Part shown: positions 9,127 through 18,558 of the stretch, in pieces
Numbering within the stretch: the stretch's first letter is position 1
How the letters are laid out: the number at the start of each line of letters is the position of its first letter
From: Chitinophaga pinensis
Lineage (GTDB): Bacteria > Verrucomicrobiota > Verrucomicrobiia > Limisphaerales > JAEYXS01
Assembly (NCBI GenBank): GCA_943367715.1
Contig: CALRJY020000023.1
Coordinates: forward strand, 23,264-87,263
Direction of reading: 5' to 3'
Length of the DNA stretch: 64,000 bases
Notes under the pieces: generated by a model
The model's input: only the letters and a program-made list of their open reading frames with translations
What the model was told of the DNA's origin: nothing
Database searches by the model: none
Translations under genes and position numbers: made by a program

Positions 9127-12075
9127 ATGGAATGCCTTAACATCAGCAAGATGCCTGTTTTGAATGTCTTAACCCAGACATCCCGCCCCATTAACGGGCG
9201 TTTGATAGCGTTCATCTTCTGTCTGCTCTTCACGATAGTGACAGCAGCAGAGCCAGTTCGTGTCGAGGTGCTCGCAAAGGACGTTCCAGAAAATCGAGCA
9301 TGGCCGACAAACCAGGTGACGCAGGTGGCAGACAGTTATACAGAGCCAGCGTTCGCTTTCTTTCATCTGCCCTGGCAATACACGTCCACGGGTGTGCGGG
9401 CGGAACGCAGCGGCCCCTTGCTCGTGCGGGCAACATCGACATTCAAACTGCCGGCGGGTAATTATGAGCTGCTGCTGCGGGCGCGGAGTGGTGCGCGTCT
9501 GAGTGTGGATGGCAAAGAACTAGCAGCACTCCCCTTCCCCAAACCGATTGAGGATGGCCATGACGCGGTGCGGACGAATTTCCTGAGCCTTGGTGCTTTC
9601 ACGCGTCAGCGCGCGCCGGGTGATTACGAGATTCTCGTGGAGTTCAGAGCGACGGGCAAGGCGCAGAGGTTTTCATTCGAGACGTTACTGGGCGGCAAAC
9701 GCGGCAAGGATCTCTTACGCGTGGAGCCGGGTGAGACGTTGATCGCGGTGTCGCGAGCCGGGGCGAATGAATTTCATCTGCTCGCGCCGAAGCTGGAGGT
9801 GCCGTTAACAGATGTGGGCTGGGTGAAGTATCGGGCGACACGCGAGGCGGTGTATGATCACATGGAATCGGTGCGACGGGCAGAAGCGCGGGCGGAGCAT
9901 GCGGATTACTGGAACATGCGGCATGAAGTGGCAAGTGCGTTTGTGAAATCGAATCCGGCACCGCAACCGCCAGTCACTTCTCTCGCGAAAAACAATGTGC
10001 TGGACCAGTTCATTTATGCACGCATCGAGCGCGCACAGGCGAACGCGAAAACGCAAACTGGCACAGTGCAGTTTCATCGCGATGTGCTGCCCATTTTGGA
10101 GAAGAATTGTCTCTCGTGCCATGGTGCGAAACCGAAAGGTGGTTTGCGGTTGGACAGCCTGAGCGCAGCTCTTAAGGGCGGTGATTCAGAGGACGCGGGC
10201 ATCGTGGCAGGGCATCCGGAGAAGAGTCCATTCATCCAACGGCTGAATCCAAAGAATGCAGAAGACGTCATGCCACCGAAGGGCGACCGGCTCACTTCGG
10301 CGCAGATCGAAACGCTGTCTCGCTGGGTGAAGGAAGGTGCGGTGTGGCCGGAGGAAGCGCCGATCGCGAATCTGGCGGCGGCTCCACTCACAAGCGATGG
10401 AGAATTCATCCGACGGGTGACATTGGAAACGATCGGGCTCTTCCCCACGGCGGATGAGGTGCGCGAATTCTTAGCTGACAAGCGTAAGGACAAGCGGGCG
10501 CGGTTGATCGAGCGGCTAATGGCAGACCCACGTTGGGCAGATCATTGGGTGGGCTTCTGGCAAGATCTGCTGGCGGAGAACCCCAACCTCGTGAACGCGA
10601 CGCTGAATAACACGGGGCCGTTCCGTTGGTGGATCTACGAATCTTTTCGTGACAATAAGCCGATGGACATGTTCATCACAGAACTCGTCCGCATGGAGGG
10701 TGGTGCGTATGATGGCGGTCCGGCGGGATTCTCGCTCGCGGCTTTGAATGATTCGCCGATGGTCGCAAAGGCGGGCATCATCAGCTCCGCCCTGCTCGCC
10801 ACGGAGATGAAGTGCGCGCGATGCCACGATGCGCCGTATCATCGCAGCACGCAGGCAGATCTGTTTCATCTGGGCGCGATGCTCGCCCAGCAGTCGGTTG
10901 AGGTTCCCAAGACGAGCACGGTGGCATTGGGCAAATTACCGACGGACCGCAAACCGCTCATCCAGGTGACCTTGAAGCCGGGTGACAAGCTGACGCCGGA
11001 ATGGACGTTAAAGAATTTGATGCGGGATGAATTGCCGCCCGGCTTTGTGGAAGCGAATGCAGATTCGCGCACGCGGCTGGCGGCCCTCATCACCGCGCCG
11101 CAGAACGAGCGTTTCGCCGAGGTGATGGTGAATCGCGTGTGGCATCGCTATTTCGGGCGCGGGATCGTGGAGCCGCTGCATGATTGGGAGAACGCGAAGG
11201 CGTCGCATCCGGAAATGCTGAAGTGGCTGGCGCGCGAGTTTGTGAGCCATGATTACGACCTGAAGCATGTAGCGCGACTCATCCTGAATTCGCAGGCGTA
11301 TCAACGGCAGGCGCGCACGGATACGGATGCGAACCGGCTCTTCGCCGCACCGGTAAAACGCCGTCTGAGCGCGGAGCAATTGGTGGATGCGCTCTTCGCG
11401 GCGTATGGGAAAGATTTTGATACAGGGCTGGTGTGCATCGACGTGGATAGTGGCCGCACGCCGCGTCTCGCGCTGAACTTCGGCGAGCCGAATCGGGCGT
11501 GGCAGTTCGTCTATACGGCGAATGACCGTGACCGGCCCAGCTTGAACCTGCCGCGCGCGCAGGTGATCACGGAACTGATGACGGCGTTTGGCTGGGAAGG
11601 CAACCGGCAAGAGCCGATCTCGGTGCGCAAGAACGAAGCGAATCCGCTGCAGCCCGCCCTGCTCGCAAACGGCACGGCGAGCCTATGGATCACGCGACTC
11701 TCGGAAGATTCCGGCATGACGGAACTGGCGCTGAAGAAACAGCCTGTGGAGAAACTGGTGGAAGAAGTTTTCCTGCGCGTGCTGGGGCGGATGCCGAAGG
11801 ATGCTGAACGGGAGAAGTTTGTGGCGCTTTTAAAACCGGGCTATGAACAACGGGTATCAGGGAAGAAAGCGCCGGTCATCGCCGTATCACCTAAGCCTTA
11901 TGTAAGCTGGGCCAATCATGTGGTCGCCGAGGCCAACGTGCTCCGCCAAGTGGAAGAGGTGGAAGCGCGCCAGGGCCCAACACCCACCGTAAGGCTGCAA
12001 GCCGAATGGCGGATGCGCATGGAAGATTTCCTGTGGGCCTTGCTGAATGCGCCGGAAACGATCTATATTCCTTAA
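9127..12075 (+). CDS. PSCyt1/PSCyt2(DUF1549)/PSD1(DUF1553) domain protein
   Basis: Planctomycete-cytochrome-C-like motif LEKNCLSCHGAKPKGGLRLDS. Also RRVTLETIGLFPT..EV..F and MKCARCHDAPYH (DUF1549/DUF1553 hallmarks). It is immediately followed by a DUF1501 gene, which is the usual pairing. Confidence 0.9.
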   Translation: MECLNISKMPVLNVLTQTSRPINGRLIAFIFCLLFTIVTAAEPVRVEVLAKDVPENRAWPTNQVTQVADSYTEPAFAFFHLPWQYTSTGVRAERSGPLLVRATSTFKLPAGNYELLLRARSGARLSVDGKELAALPFPKPIEDGHDAVRTNFLSLGAFTRQRAPGDYEILVEFRATGKAQRFSFETLLGGKRGKDLLRVEPGETLIAVSRAGANEFHLLAPKLEVPLTDVGWVKYRATREAVYDHMESVRRAEARAEHADYWNMRHEVASAFVKSNPAPQPPVTSLAKNNVLDQFIYARIERAQANAKTQTGTVQFHRDVLPILEKNCLSCHGAKPKGGLRLDSLSAALKGGDSEDAGIVAGHPEKSPFIQRLNPKNAEDVMPPKGDRLTSAQIETLSRWVKEGAVWPEEAPIANLAAAPLTSDGEFIRRVTLETIGLFPTADEVREFLADKRKDKRARLIERLMADPRWADHWVGFWQDLLAENPNLVNATLNNTGPFRWWIYESFRDNKPMDMFITELVRMEGGAYDGGPAGFSLAALNDSPMVAKAGIISSALLATEMKCARCHDAPYHRSTQADLFHLGAMLAQQSVEVPKTSTVALGKLPTDRKPLIQVTLKPGDKLTPEWTLKNLMRDELPPGFVEANADSRTRLAALITAPQNERFAEVMVNRVWHRYFGRGIVEPLHDWENAKASHPEMLKWLAREFVSHDYDLKHVARLILNSQAYQRQARTDTDANRLFAAPVKRRLSAEQLVDALFAAYGKDFDTGLVCIDVDSGRTPRLALNFGEPNRAWQFVYTANDRDRPSLNLPRAQVITELMTAFGWEGNRQEPISVRKNEANPLQPALLANGTASLWITRLSEDSGMTELALKKQPVEKLVEEVFLRVLGRMPKDAEREKFVALLKPGYEQRVSGKKAPVIAVSPKPYVSWANHVVAEANVLRQVEEVEARQGPTPTVRLQAEWRMRMEDFLWALLNAPETIYIP

Positions 12076-12081
12076 CGAGCC

Positions 12082-13383
12082 ATGATGTCTGGATTGAGCA
12101 ATAATTTGTCACGGCGCGAGTTCCTCAAGTGGGGCGGGCGCTCAGCAGCGGCGGCGGCGATGAATTTGCTACCGAGCGTGATGGGGTCTGCGGCGGCGAA
12201 TTTCCCGAAGGGCAAAGCGGAGCACTGCATCTTCATGTGGCTCGGCGGCGGGATGTCACAGATCGACACATTTGACCCAAAGAAGCGCGGGAATCCAAAG
12301 ACCAAGCAGGCGGGCACGGATTACGACGTGATCTCCACCACTGTGCCCGGTGTGAAGGTGACGGAGCATTTGCCAAACGCGGCGAAGGTGATGGACCGGC
12401 TCACGCTCTTGCGCACCTGCACGCATTCCACGGTGGATGAACACGCGACGGCCACGCACTTCGTGCACACGGCGCGGCAGTTCAGCGAGACGATCCGCTA
12501 TCCCAGTATAGGAAGCATCGTGGCGCATGAGCTGGGGCAGACTTCACCAACGGCTCCGGCGTATGTGGTCATTGGATATCCGAGCACGTCACGTGATCCA
12601 GGCTTCCTCGGACCGAAGCATGGTTACCTGTATCTGACGGATACAGAAGCGGGACCGAATGGTTTCGTGCGGCACTCGGGCGTGGATAATATACGGCAGG
12701 CGAGGCGCGAACAGTTACTTGCGGAAGTGCGTCAATCGACGCCGGATGATTCGGCCACGCGGCAATACAACGAAGTCATCGAACAAAGCCTGAAACTGGC
12801 GGGGCCGGATTTCATGCGCCTCTTTCAATTGAAGGAAGAGCGGGCGGAGTTGCGCAACCAATATGGCGGGGAATTCGGCCAGCGTTGTCTATTGGCACGG
12901 CGTCTGGTGGAGAACGGCGTGCGGTTTGTGGAGGTCTCGCACAACCTGAATTTCATCAACGGCACCGGCTGGGATACGCACAATGAAGGGCAGCTCAAGC
13001 AATACATGCTGATCCAGGAACTGGACCATGCGCTGGCAACGCTCGTGACGGATCTGGAGCAGCGTAAACTACTCGACAAGACGCTCGTGGTCGTAGGAAC
13101 GGAATTCGGGCGTCCGCCGGAGTTCGATGCGGGTGGCGGGCGCGGCCATCAGTCCAAGTGCTTCACACTAGTGATGGCAGGAGGCGGATTAAAACATGGA
13201 CGTGCGCATGGGGAATCCGATGAGTTATCCAAAAAGATCCTGACGAATCCAGTGACGATGCCCGATTTCCACGCAACGATTTGCGCTGCGCTGGGAATCA
13301 ATCCAGGCAAGGAACTCTACGACAGCACCCGTCCGGTGCCCATCACGGATGGCGGAAAGCCGGTTGCCGAGTTGTTCGGCTGA
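12082..13383 (+). CDS. DUF1501 (sulfatase-like) protein with a Tat signal
   Basis: Twin-arginine-like N-terminus SRREFLKWGGRSAAAAA. Also WLGGGMSQIDTFDPK, GTEFGR and GRGH motifs. Confidence 0.9.
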   Translation: MMSGLSNNLSRREFLKWGGRSAAAAAMNLLPSVMGSAAANFPKGKAEHCIFMWLGGGMSQIDTFDPKKRGNPKTKQAGTDYDVISTTVPGVKVTEHLPNAAKVMDRLTLLRTCTHSTVDEHATATHFVHTARQFSETIRYPSIGSIVAHELGQTSPTAPAYVVIGYPSTSRDPGFLGPKHGYLYLTDTEAGPNGFVRHSGVDNIRQARREQLLAEVRQSTPDDSATRQYNEVIEQSLKLAGPDFMRLFQLKEERAELRNQYGGEFGQRCLLARRLVENGVRFVEVSHNLNFINGTGWDTHNEGQLKQYMLIQELDHALATLVTDLEQRKLLDKTLVVVGTEFGRPPEFDAGGGRGHQSKCFTLVMAGGGLKHGRAHGESDELSKKILTNPVTMPDFHATICAALGINPGKELYDSTRPVPITDGGKPVAELFG

Positions 13384-13585
13384 AGAAGGCAACCTCTCAG
13401 CGTTGCTTGAGCTCCCTGACAAGCTCTCTAATGAGCTTGCCCCCTGCCCTCAGCCTCGCATAAAACGTTCCCGATAGAATGAACGGCTGCGTTGCTTAGT
13501 TCGTGAAATAGCATTGATGGAGGAGTATATCCCTCAAGGATCTCCCTCCTGAAATTCGCCGCAGGATGTTCTTCATCAATCGGTT

Positions 13586-13625
13586 GCGCCCGTAGCTCAG
13601 TTGGATAGAGCATCTGCCTTCTAAG
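13586..13625 (+). pseudogene. tRNA-Arg(UCU) 5' half, truncated after the anticodon loop
   Basis: GCGCCCGTAGCTCAGTTGGATAGAGCATCTGCCTTCTAAG comprises the acceptor 5' strand, D-arm, anticodon-stem 5' strand TCTGC and loop CTTCTAA. The next bases are GTCGA rather than the GCAGA needed to close the stem. I found no T-arm or acceptor 3' strand in the following 400 nt. Confidence 0.7.
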
Positions 13626-13795
13626 TCGAAAATGGCATTTTCCGCCATTATCCCCCATGTGCCGCCATCCAGACAAAACCGCTCGATAACAACAACTTAG
13701 ACAAGCCTGCACTGCTTTTTCCTGAGACTCACAGAGACGCAAAAGGGCGCAAAAAACAACAACTAGTATCAGATTGCGGTATCAGATTTGGGTTT

Positions 13796-13812
13796 AGGCA
13801 GATGCTCTATCC
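13796..13812 (-). repeat. 17-nt inverted copy of tRNA positions 13603-13619
   Basis: AGGCAGATGCTCTATCC is the exact reverse complement of GGATAGAGCATCTGCCT. It is preceded by two direct copies of GTATCAGATT (13766-13775 and 13779-13788). Confidence 0.8.
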
Positions 13813-14004
13813 CGAGGCTGCTCTCAATTTCTTCTTGGCTTCTAAACGCACGCAATTCACCCGAACATTTTTCAAAAAAAGAGGGTGCCAGTCCTGCGAC
13901 CAGCACCCTCCTGCCTTTCAGCAGAGAACCAGCGGACACCTTTGAGTGCCCGCCGCTACCATGGGACCAGTGCGGTTCTTCAGGACTGATTTATTGCTTA
14001 ACGG

Positions 14005-14292
14005 TCATTTGACCGTCTTCGCAACAAACTCATCCACCGAGGCGCGTAGAATCATCCGATGCCGCAGGGCACTAGATGACTTCAGCAACCCCCGATCCAG
14101 CAACCGGTAAACGGTCTTAGTGCTGGTCCCAAAGAGCTGGGCGACCTCCTGCACGGACAAAAAGATCCGGGCAGAAGGCGGATTGGCTTGAGATGACATT
14201 TGCATGTCTCCTCCCAGGTTGGAAGCGGTTCGGATAACCTCGCCGCCGTAGGCCCGGGCAACCGCTTGTCCGAAGACAGGCGATTGAACCAT
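14005..14292 (-). CDS. Excisionase-family / MerR-like helix-turn-helix protein
   Basis: LSVQEVAQLFGTSTKTVYRLLDRGLLKS is the typical excisionase-family HTH. The true start may be the internal Met (MQMSSQ...). It is the first gene to the right of the broken tRNA. Confidence 0.65.
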   Translation of the reverse strand: MVQSPVFGQAVARAYGGEVIRTASNLGGDMQMSSQANPPSARIFLSVQEVAQLFGTSTKTVYRLLDRGLLKSSSALRHRMILRASVDEFVAKTVK

Positions 14293-14670
14293 TCACTGCC
14301 GCGACCACCATTGATCACGGAGGAAGACGCTACCACAGGCAGTCGTCGATCCCGGTGTTCAAGGCCGGTGATCTTGGTCAGGCTGCTCCTAGGTCGGCCG
14401 GATGGCAACCCGATTCACAGCATTCAACAATCAGGCAGACTCTCGACTGGTATCGAATCAATCAGGTTTAGCTCTTTCTGGCTGGGGCTTGACGGACCAA
14501 TCGGTACGCAGTTCTGGTTTAGTTTTGAAGGCTTAAAGCGCTTCGAGACTCACGAGAATACCAAAGGCGCTCCTCCGAACAGAATCTCGGACACGAAAAC
14601 AGCTTAGACCTGTTCTGCTTGCCAAAGTTGCTGGCTTGAAAACCGAGACTGAGATGACCAATACTCACAC

Positions 14671-15645
14671 GTGCCTCCGAAGAAAATCGCAACTGCTGAC
14701 CAAGTGCCGACACAAAAAGCAGAGCTGGCCCCAGAGGCAGAAAATCTGGCTAGGCAAACTGTCTCGATCCGCATAACGGAACAGCTGAGAACCCAGGCAG
14801 ACGCAGCGTGGAAAGCAATCTATAGTCTTGATCCCGATGACTTGGCAGCGGCGGATATCCAATCGGTGCGTATCAAGTACGATGATTATGCGATTGCAAA
14901 GCGCGTAGGCAGCAAAGTGGAGGAAATACTCAACACCCTGAAACCCACATACTGGCGGTTAGAGAAAGAACGGGTGGTAGTCGAACAGGATGGGCGTTTT
15001 GGATACGTGGTGATGCATTGGGATTTAGCGGTTCCACCCTACTTCAATGATCTGATGGCTGATTTGGTCAAATCGCAGATGGATCTGCTTGAAATCGAGG
15101 CTTCGATTGCAACACTAGCGAACCTCTACGATGGCGCCCTTCAGGTCGGCAAGGCAATCTGGTTGGGAATCGATCCAAAAGGAGTGAGCGGCCAAACAGA
15201 AGCCTGCAAAGTATGCGAAGCGAATTTGCTACAGACCACACAGCCATTATCTGCCTTCCTCAATATCCTCGTTTCCTCACGAATCACAGAACCACACCAC
15301 TTGATCACAATCGAAGGCTCGGATTACTCCGAGCTTATCGTGAAGGATCGCGAGATGACCCTGGAATTTGGCAAAGAGCGAGCTGCCCTTCGCGCCTTGA
15401 TCAGTATTGCGCTATTGCGAGGACAGCAATGGTTCACGCTTGAGCAATTCGACGAACTCTATTACCGGGACGGCTCCAAAGATCTAGGCAAGACCTTCAA
15501 CAACGCCATGGAGTATCTGAGAGGCTTTCTACCCCAGCTTGGTTACGACAAAAACAATGCTCAGCGAAGAATCAAAGGGCTCTACTTCAAACAAGTCCCT
15601 CCCCAGGAAAATCTGAATAGATTGCTGGCTGCAATTACCCCGTAA
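14671..15645 (+). CDS. Hypothetical protein (324 aa)
   Basis: Long ORF with a GTG start and no competing frame. No motif recognised. Confidence 0.5.
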   Translation: MPPKKIATADQVPTQKAELAPEAENLARQTVSIRITEQLRTQADAAWKAIYSLDPDDLAAADIQSVRIKYDDYAIAKRVGSKVEEILNTLKPTYWRLEKERVVVEQDGRFGYVVMHWDLAVPPYFNDLMADLVKSQMDLLEIEASIATLANLYDGALQVGKAIWLGIDPKGVSGQTEACKVCEANLLQTTQPLSAFLNILVSSRITEPHHLITIEGSDYSELIVKDREMTLEFGKERAALRALISIALLRGQQWFTLEQFDELYYRDGSKDLGKTFNNAMEYLRGFLPQLGYDKNNAQRRIKGLYFKQVPPQENLNRLLAAITP

Positions 15646-15707
15646 CTACAACTACGGAAGTCCTGCCTGTTATTGTCACAATCTCACTACCCCTTCGCAG
15701 ACTGGTA

Positions 15708-15755
15708 TTCTCCTTCAAAGTCGCGCGTTCTCCTTGGCTGGCACTTTTTCTCCTT
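15708..15755 (+). repeat. Three iteron-like direct repeats TTCTCCTT at exact 20-bp spacing
   Basis: Copies lie at 15708-15715, 15728-15735 and 15748-15755, in the 279-bp intergenic region upstream of the primase-like gene. Confidence 0.6.
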
Positions 15756-15817
15756 CAGGCCTCCCGCGAATTTCCCCAACCGCAGTTAGTGTGAGAAATT
15801 GCTCTTAGCCAGCAGTA

Positions 15818-15869
15818 GGTTTCTTCGTGGTCGAGTGATTTGGCCAGCAGCGAATGCAACGAAGAAACC
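15818..15869. repeat. Perfect 11-bp inverted repeat GGTTTCTTCGT / ACGAAGAAACC with a 30-nt spacer
   Basis: Arms at 15818-15828 and 15859-15869. Two GCCAGCAG direct repeats flank or overlap it. Confidence 0.6.
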
Positions 15870-15924
15870 GGCTTGAAATTGCCACACCGCCTGCTGCGGC
15901 TGTGATGGCCGGAAAACCATTAGT

Positions 15925-16866
15925 ATGGATGAATTGAATAAAGTACCAGCACCCTGCACGGAACGCGCAGAGGCGTTGCTAGGGCCGATTGAATGGATCG
16001 ACGCAACCAGAGGCTATTTGCCATGCCCAGGCCAGCACCTTCATACGAGCCGAAACGGCCGTCGTGATTGCGTGGTCTATCTGGACCATGCCCCTACACT
16101 CCATTGTCTGCATGGAAGTTGTCATAACGAGTTAGAGGAGAAGAATACGGAATTGCGTCGAATCCTGGCTCAAAGCGGTGAGCTGAAGCCACAGCGAATG
16201 ACCGCTGAGCAGAAGAAGCAGATGGAAGAGAACCGGCGACGCAACGGAATACGCAAGCGAGCTGCGGAATCACGCGAACGGATACTTGCCAGTCATCGTT
16301 GGCCGGTGGCGGAGATTGTTAAGGCATCTGCCGTAGATCTGCCAACCGATGCCAGCAGGCATGCTCACCTGATGTTGCAGAGGTTTCACCCAGATGATGT
16401 AGTGTGGATAGGCGACAAGTATGATTCAGGCAAACCCGAGCACACCAAGCACTTCAAGACGAGTCGTGAGTGGCTTGACAACGAACAGATTGACGGCCCC
16501 CTGCTCTGCCCGTCCACGTTCAAACCAGGGTCCTATCAACGTGCGAACGAGCAAATTGCTGCCCGCCGATTTCTCGTGGTCGAATCCGACACCCTCGGCA
16601 AGGACGCAGTGGGAGCAGTCTTTCGCTGGTTAACAGACGAGGTTAAGCTAAACCTAGCCGCTATTGTCGATACAGCCGGAAAAAGCCTCCACGCTTGGTT
16701 CTACCAGCCGGCAACAGAGGTGGTCGAAGATCTAAAGCTGGTTTTGCCAGAGATTGGATGTGATCCGAAACTCTTCACTCCGTCTCAGCCGGTACGCCTT
16801 CCGGGCGCTTTAAGAGACGGTCGATGGCAGAAACTGGTTTATCTAGGAAAGGAGAACACGATATGA
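15925..16866 (+). CDS. Primase-like protein (Cys/His zinc motif plus AEP/Prim-Pol-like motifs)
   Basis: CPGQHLHTS...CLHGSCHNE looks like a zinc-binding cluster. FLVVESD and DTAGKSLHAWF resemble the acidic and sGxxxH motifs of archaeo-eukaryotic-type primases. The stop overlaps the start of the helicase gene (ATGA). The family assignment is tentative. Confidence 0.5.
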   Translation: MDELNKVPAPCTERAEALLGPIEWIDATRGYLPCPGQHLHTSRNGRRDCVVYLDHAPTLHCLHGSCHNELEEKNTELRRILAQSGELKPQRMTAEQKKQMEENRRRNGIRKRAAESRERILASHRWPVAEIVKASAVDLPTDASRHAHLMLQRFHPDDVVWIGDKYDSGKPEHTKHFKTSREWLDNEQIDGPLLCPSTFKPGSYQRANEQIAARRFLVVESDTLGKDAVGAVFRWLTDEVKLNLAAIVDTAGKSLHAWFYQPATEVVEDLKLVLPEIGCDPKLFTPSQPVRLPGALRDGRWQKLVYLGKENTI

Positions 16867-18284
16867 GCACCGTAACAAACGCATTGCCGTTGCCAGAACT
16901 CTACTACCACTCGATTGACGGTTCCTATTGGGCAATCGACGACAGTGGCAAGTGGATTAAGATCAACGAAAGATCTGCGATGTTGGCCATCCGCGATGCC
17001 GGATACGATCAGAAGGGTGGAGGTAACATATCGGATGCGGAACGCTGCTTGAGATCCATTCAGCGCCAGCAAAACGTCGGATATGCCGGTCCACTTGCTG
17101 GGTATCAGGCCGGACACTACCGAATCGAGGAAAATGATGTGTTGGTAACCGAGAGTCCAAAGTTGATTGAACCCAAATCAGGTGACTGGCCCACACTAAA
17201 GAGCCTGTTTGAAGCCATGTTCGCTGACCCTGAGCATGATCAGTTGCCTTATTTCTACGGTTGGCTCAAGCGGTCGATGGAAACGATGCGCGATGGCCGT
17301 TGGACTCCCGGTCAAGTTCTGGCAATGGCAGGTCCCGTAGGCTCAGGCAAGTCGCTTACCCAACAGTTGATCACCAAGCTGCTCGGTGGACGTAGCGCGA
17401 AACCATATCAGTACATGATCGGGAGCACTCCATTCAACGGCGACCTATTCAGAGCCGAACACCTCATGGTGGAGGACGAAGCAGAGTCCTCGGATATCAG
17501 GGCGCGGAGGCATTTCGCAGCGAACATTAAAGCCACAGCAGTGAATAAAACACACCATTGCCATGGGAAACACAAACAAGCACTCACACTGACCCCGATC
17601 TGGCGCATGACTGTCAGCCTGAACGATGATCCTGATCGCCTGGATGTATTGCCACCACTGGATGACGACGTCGCAGACAAAATCATCCTGCTGAGGGTTA
17701 CCCCCTGCACCATGCCGATGCCAACCAACACGCCAGAAGAACAAGACGCGTTCTGGCAGAAGCTGATCGAGGAGCTGCCTGCTTTTGCGGCATTCCTAGC
17801 CGAATGGAAGATACCGGAAAATCTCCGTAGCCCCCGGTTCGGGATCACCCACTTCCATCACCCAACCTTCGTGGAGGTTTTGCGGTCGTCCACGCCTGAA
17901 CAACGCCTGCTGGAGTTGATTGATGCAGCCAACATATTTGAGGTCCGCACTGGCTTGGCAACGTCGTCACGTGAAATTGCTGTTTGGGAAGGGACCGCAC
18001 TGCGCTTGGAACAGACGCTAACTCGAGAGTCTAGTCCCGTGAAGGCACAAGCCGCCAAGTTGCTGACAAACCTGAATAGGTGCGGCACTTACCTTGGTCG
18101 GTTGGCACACCTCCCCGCCGAAGCTGGAGGGCGGGTTAACAGCAGATTGGTGAATGGGCAACGAATCTGGGTAATCCAGCCGCCGCCCCAACAAAATCGA
18201 TTACCAGCCGAACCAACGATTATTGCAACTGAGGCAGAAGGCAGGCCACCTATGCCACCAGCCAGCCTAGCTCTGGCTGCATAA
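16824..18284 (+). CDS. SF3-type (P4/D5-like) P-loop helicase
   Basis: Walker A MAGPVGSGKS and Walker B HLMVEDE. The protein is about 470 aa and sits directly after a primase-like gene. The likely start is the ATG at 16863 (MSTVTNALP), which overlaps the upstream stop. Confidence 0.7.
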   Translation: MAETGLSRKGEHDMSTVTNALPLPELYYHSIDGSYWAIDDSGKWIKINERSAMLAIRDAGYDQKGGGNISDAERCLRSIQRQQNVGYAGPLAGYQAGHYRIEENDVLVTESPKLIEPKSGDWPTLKSLFEAMFADPEHDQLPYFYGWLKRSMETMRDGRWTPGQVLAMAGPVGSGKSLTQQLITKLLGGRSAKPYQYMIGSTPFNGDLFRAEHLMVEDEAESSDIRARRHFAANIKATAVNKTHHCHGKHKQALTLTPIWRMTVSLNDDPDRLDVLPPLDDDVADKIILLRVTPCTMPMPTNTPEEQDAFWQKLIEELPAFAAFLAEWKIPENLRSPRFGITHFHHPTFVEVLRSSTPEQRLLELIDAANIFEVRTGLATSSREIAVWEGTALRLEQTLTRESSPVKAQAAKLLTNLNRCGTYLGRLAHLPAEAGGRVNSRLVNGQRIWVIQPPPQQNRLPAEPTIIATEAEGRPPMPPASLALAA

Positions 18285-18558
18285 CCGGTCTGGAGGTGGT
18301 CGGACTCACCATCCGGCCACCTCTACTCGGTCACTGGCGCCAGAGTGGTGATTTCGGGTGGGGCAGTGAGGCAAGTTTCTCAGTTTCATGAGATAAAAAT
18401 GTATGGAAATACAATCAAATGGCCAAAAACCAAGAACTAGCCCCACTGCCCCACTGCTTGTCACGCCTTTTGACCACTCGTCACTTTCGACTTGTACTGC
18501 CATGGGTAAATGAGATAATGGTGAGTGTCAGAGGAACGATCCCCTGGCCGAACTGAAC

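Noticed and set aside
13428-13742. 104-aa minus-strand ORF
   Set aside because: It overlaps the tRNA fragment (the LYPTELRA peptide is the usual reverse-translation artefact of a tRNA gene) and lies in an otherwise non-coding boundary region.
13626-13795. Possibility that the tRNA-Arg is intact but interrupted by a group I or other intron in the anticodon loop, since AGGCAGATG reappears at 13796
   Set aside because: After AGGCAGATG the sequence continues as the reverse complement of the D-arm (CTCTATCC). It does not continue into a variable loop/T-arm, and I found no GTTCGAATC-like T-loop or CGGGCGC acceptor 3' strand within 400 nt. The 170-nt spacer also shows none of the group I P-helix features I could recognise.
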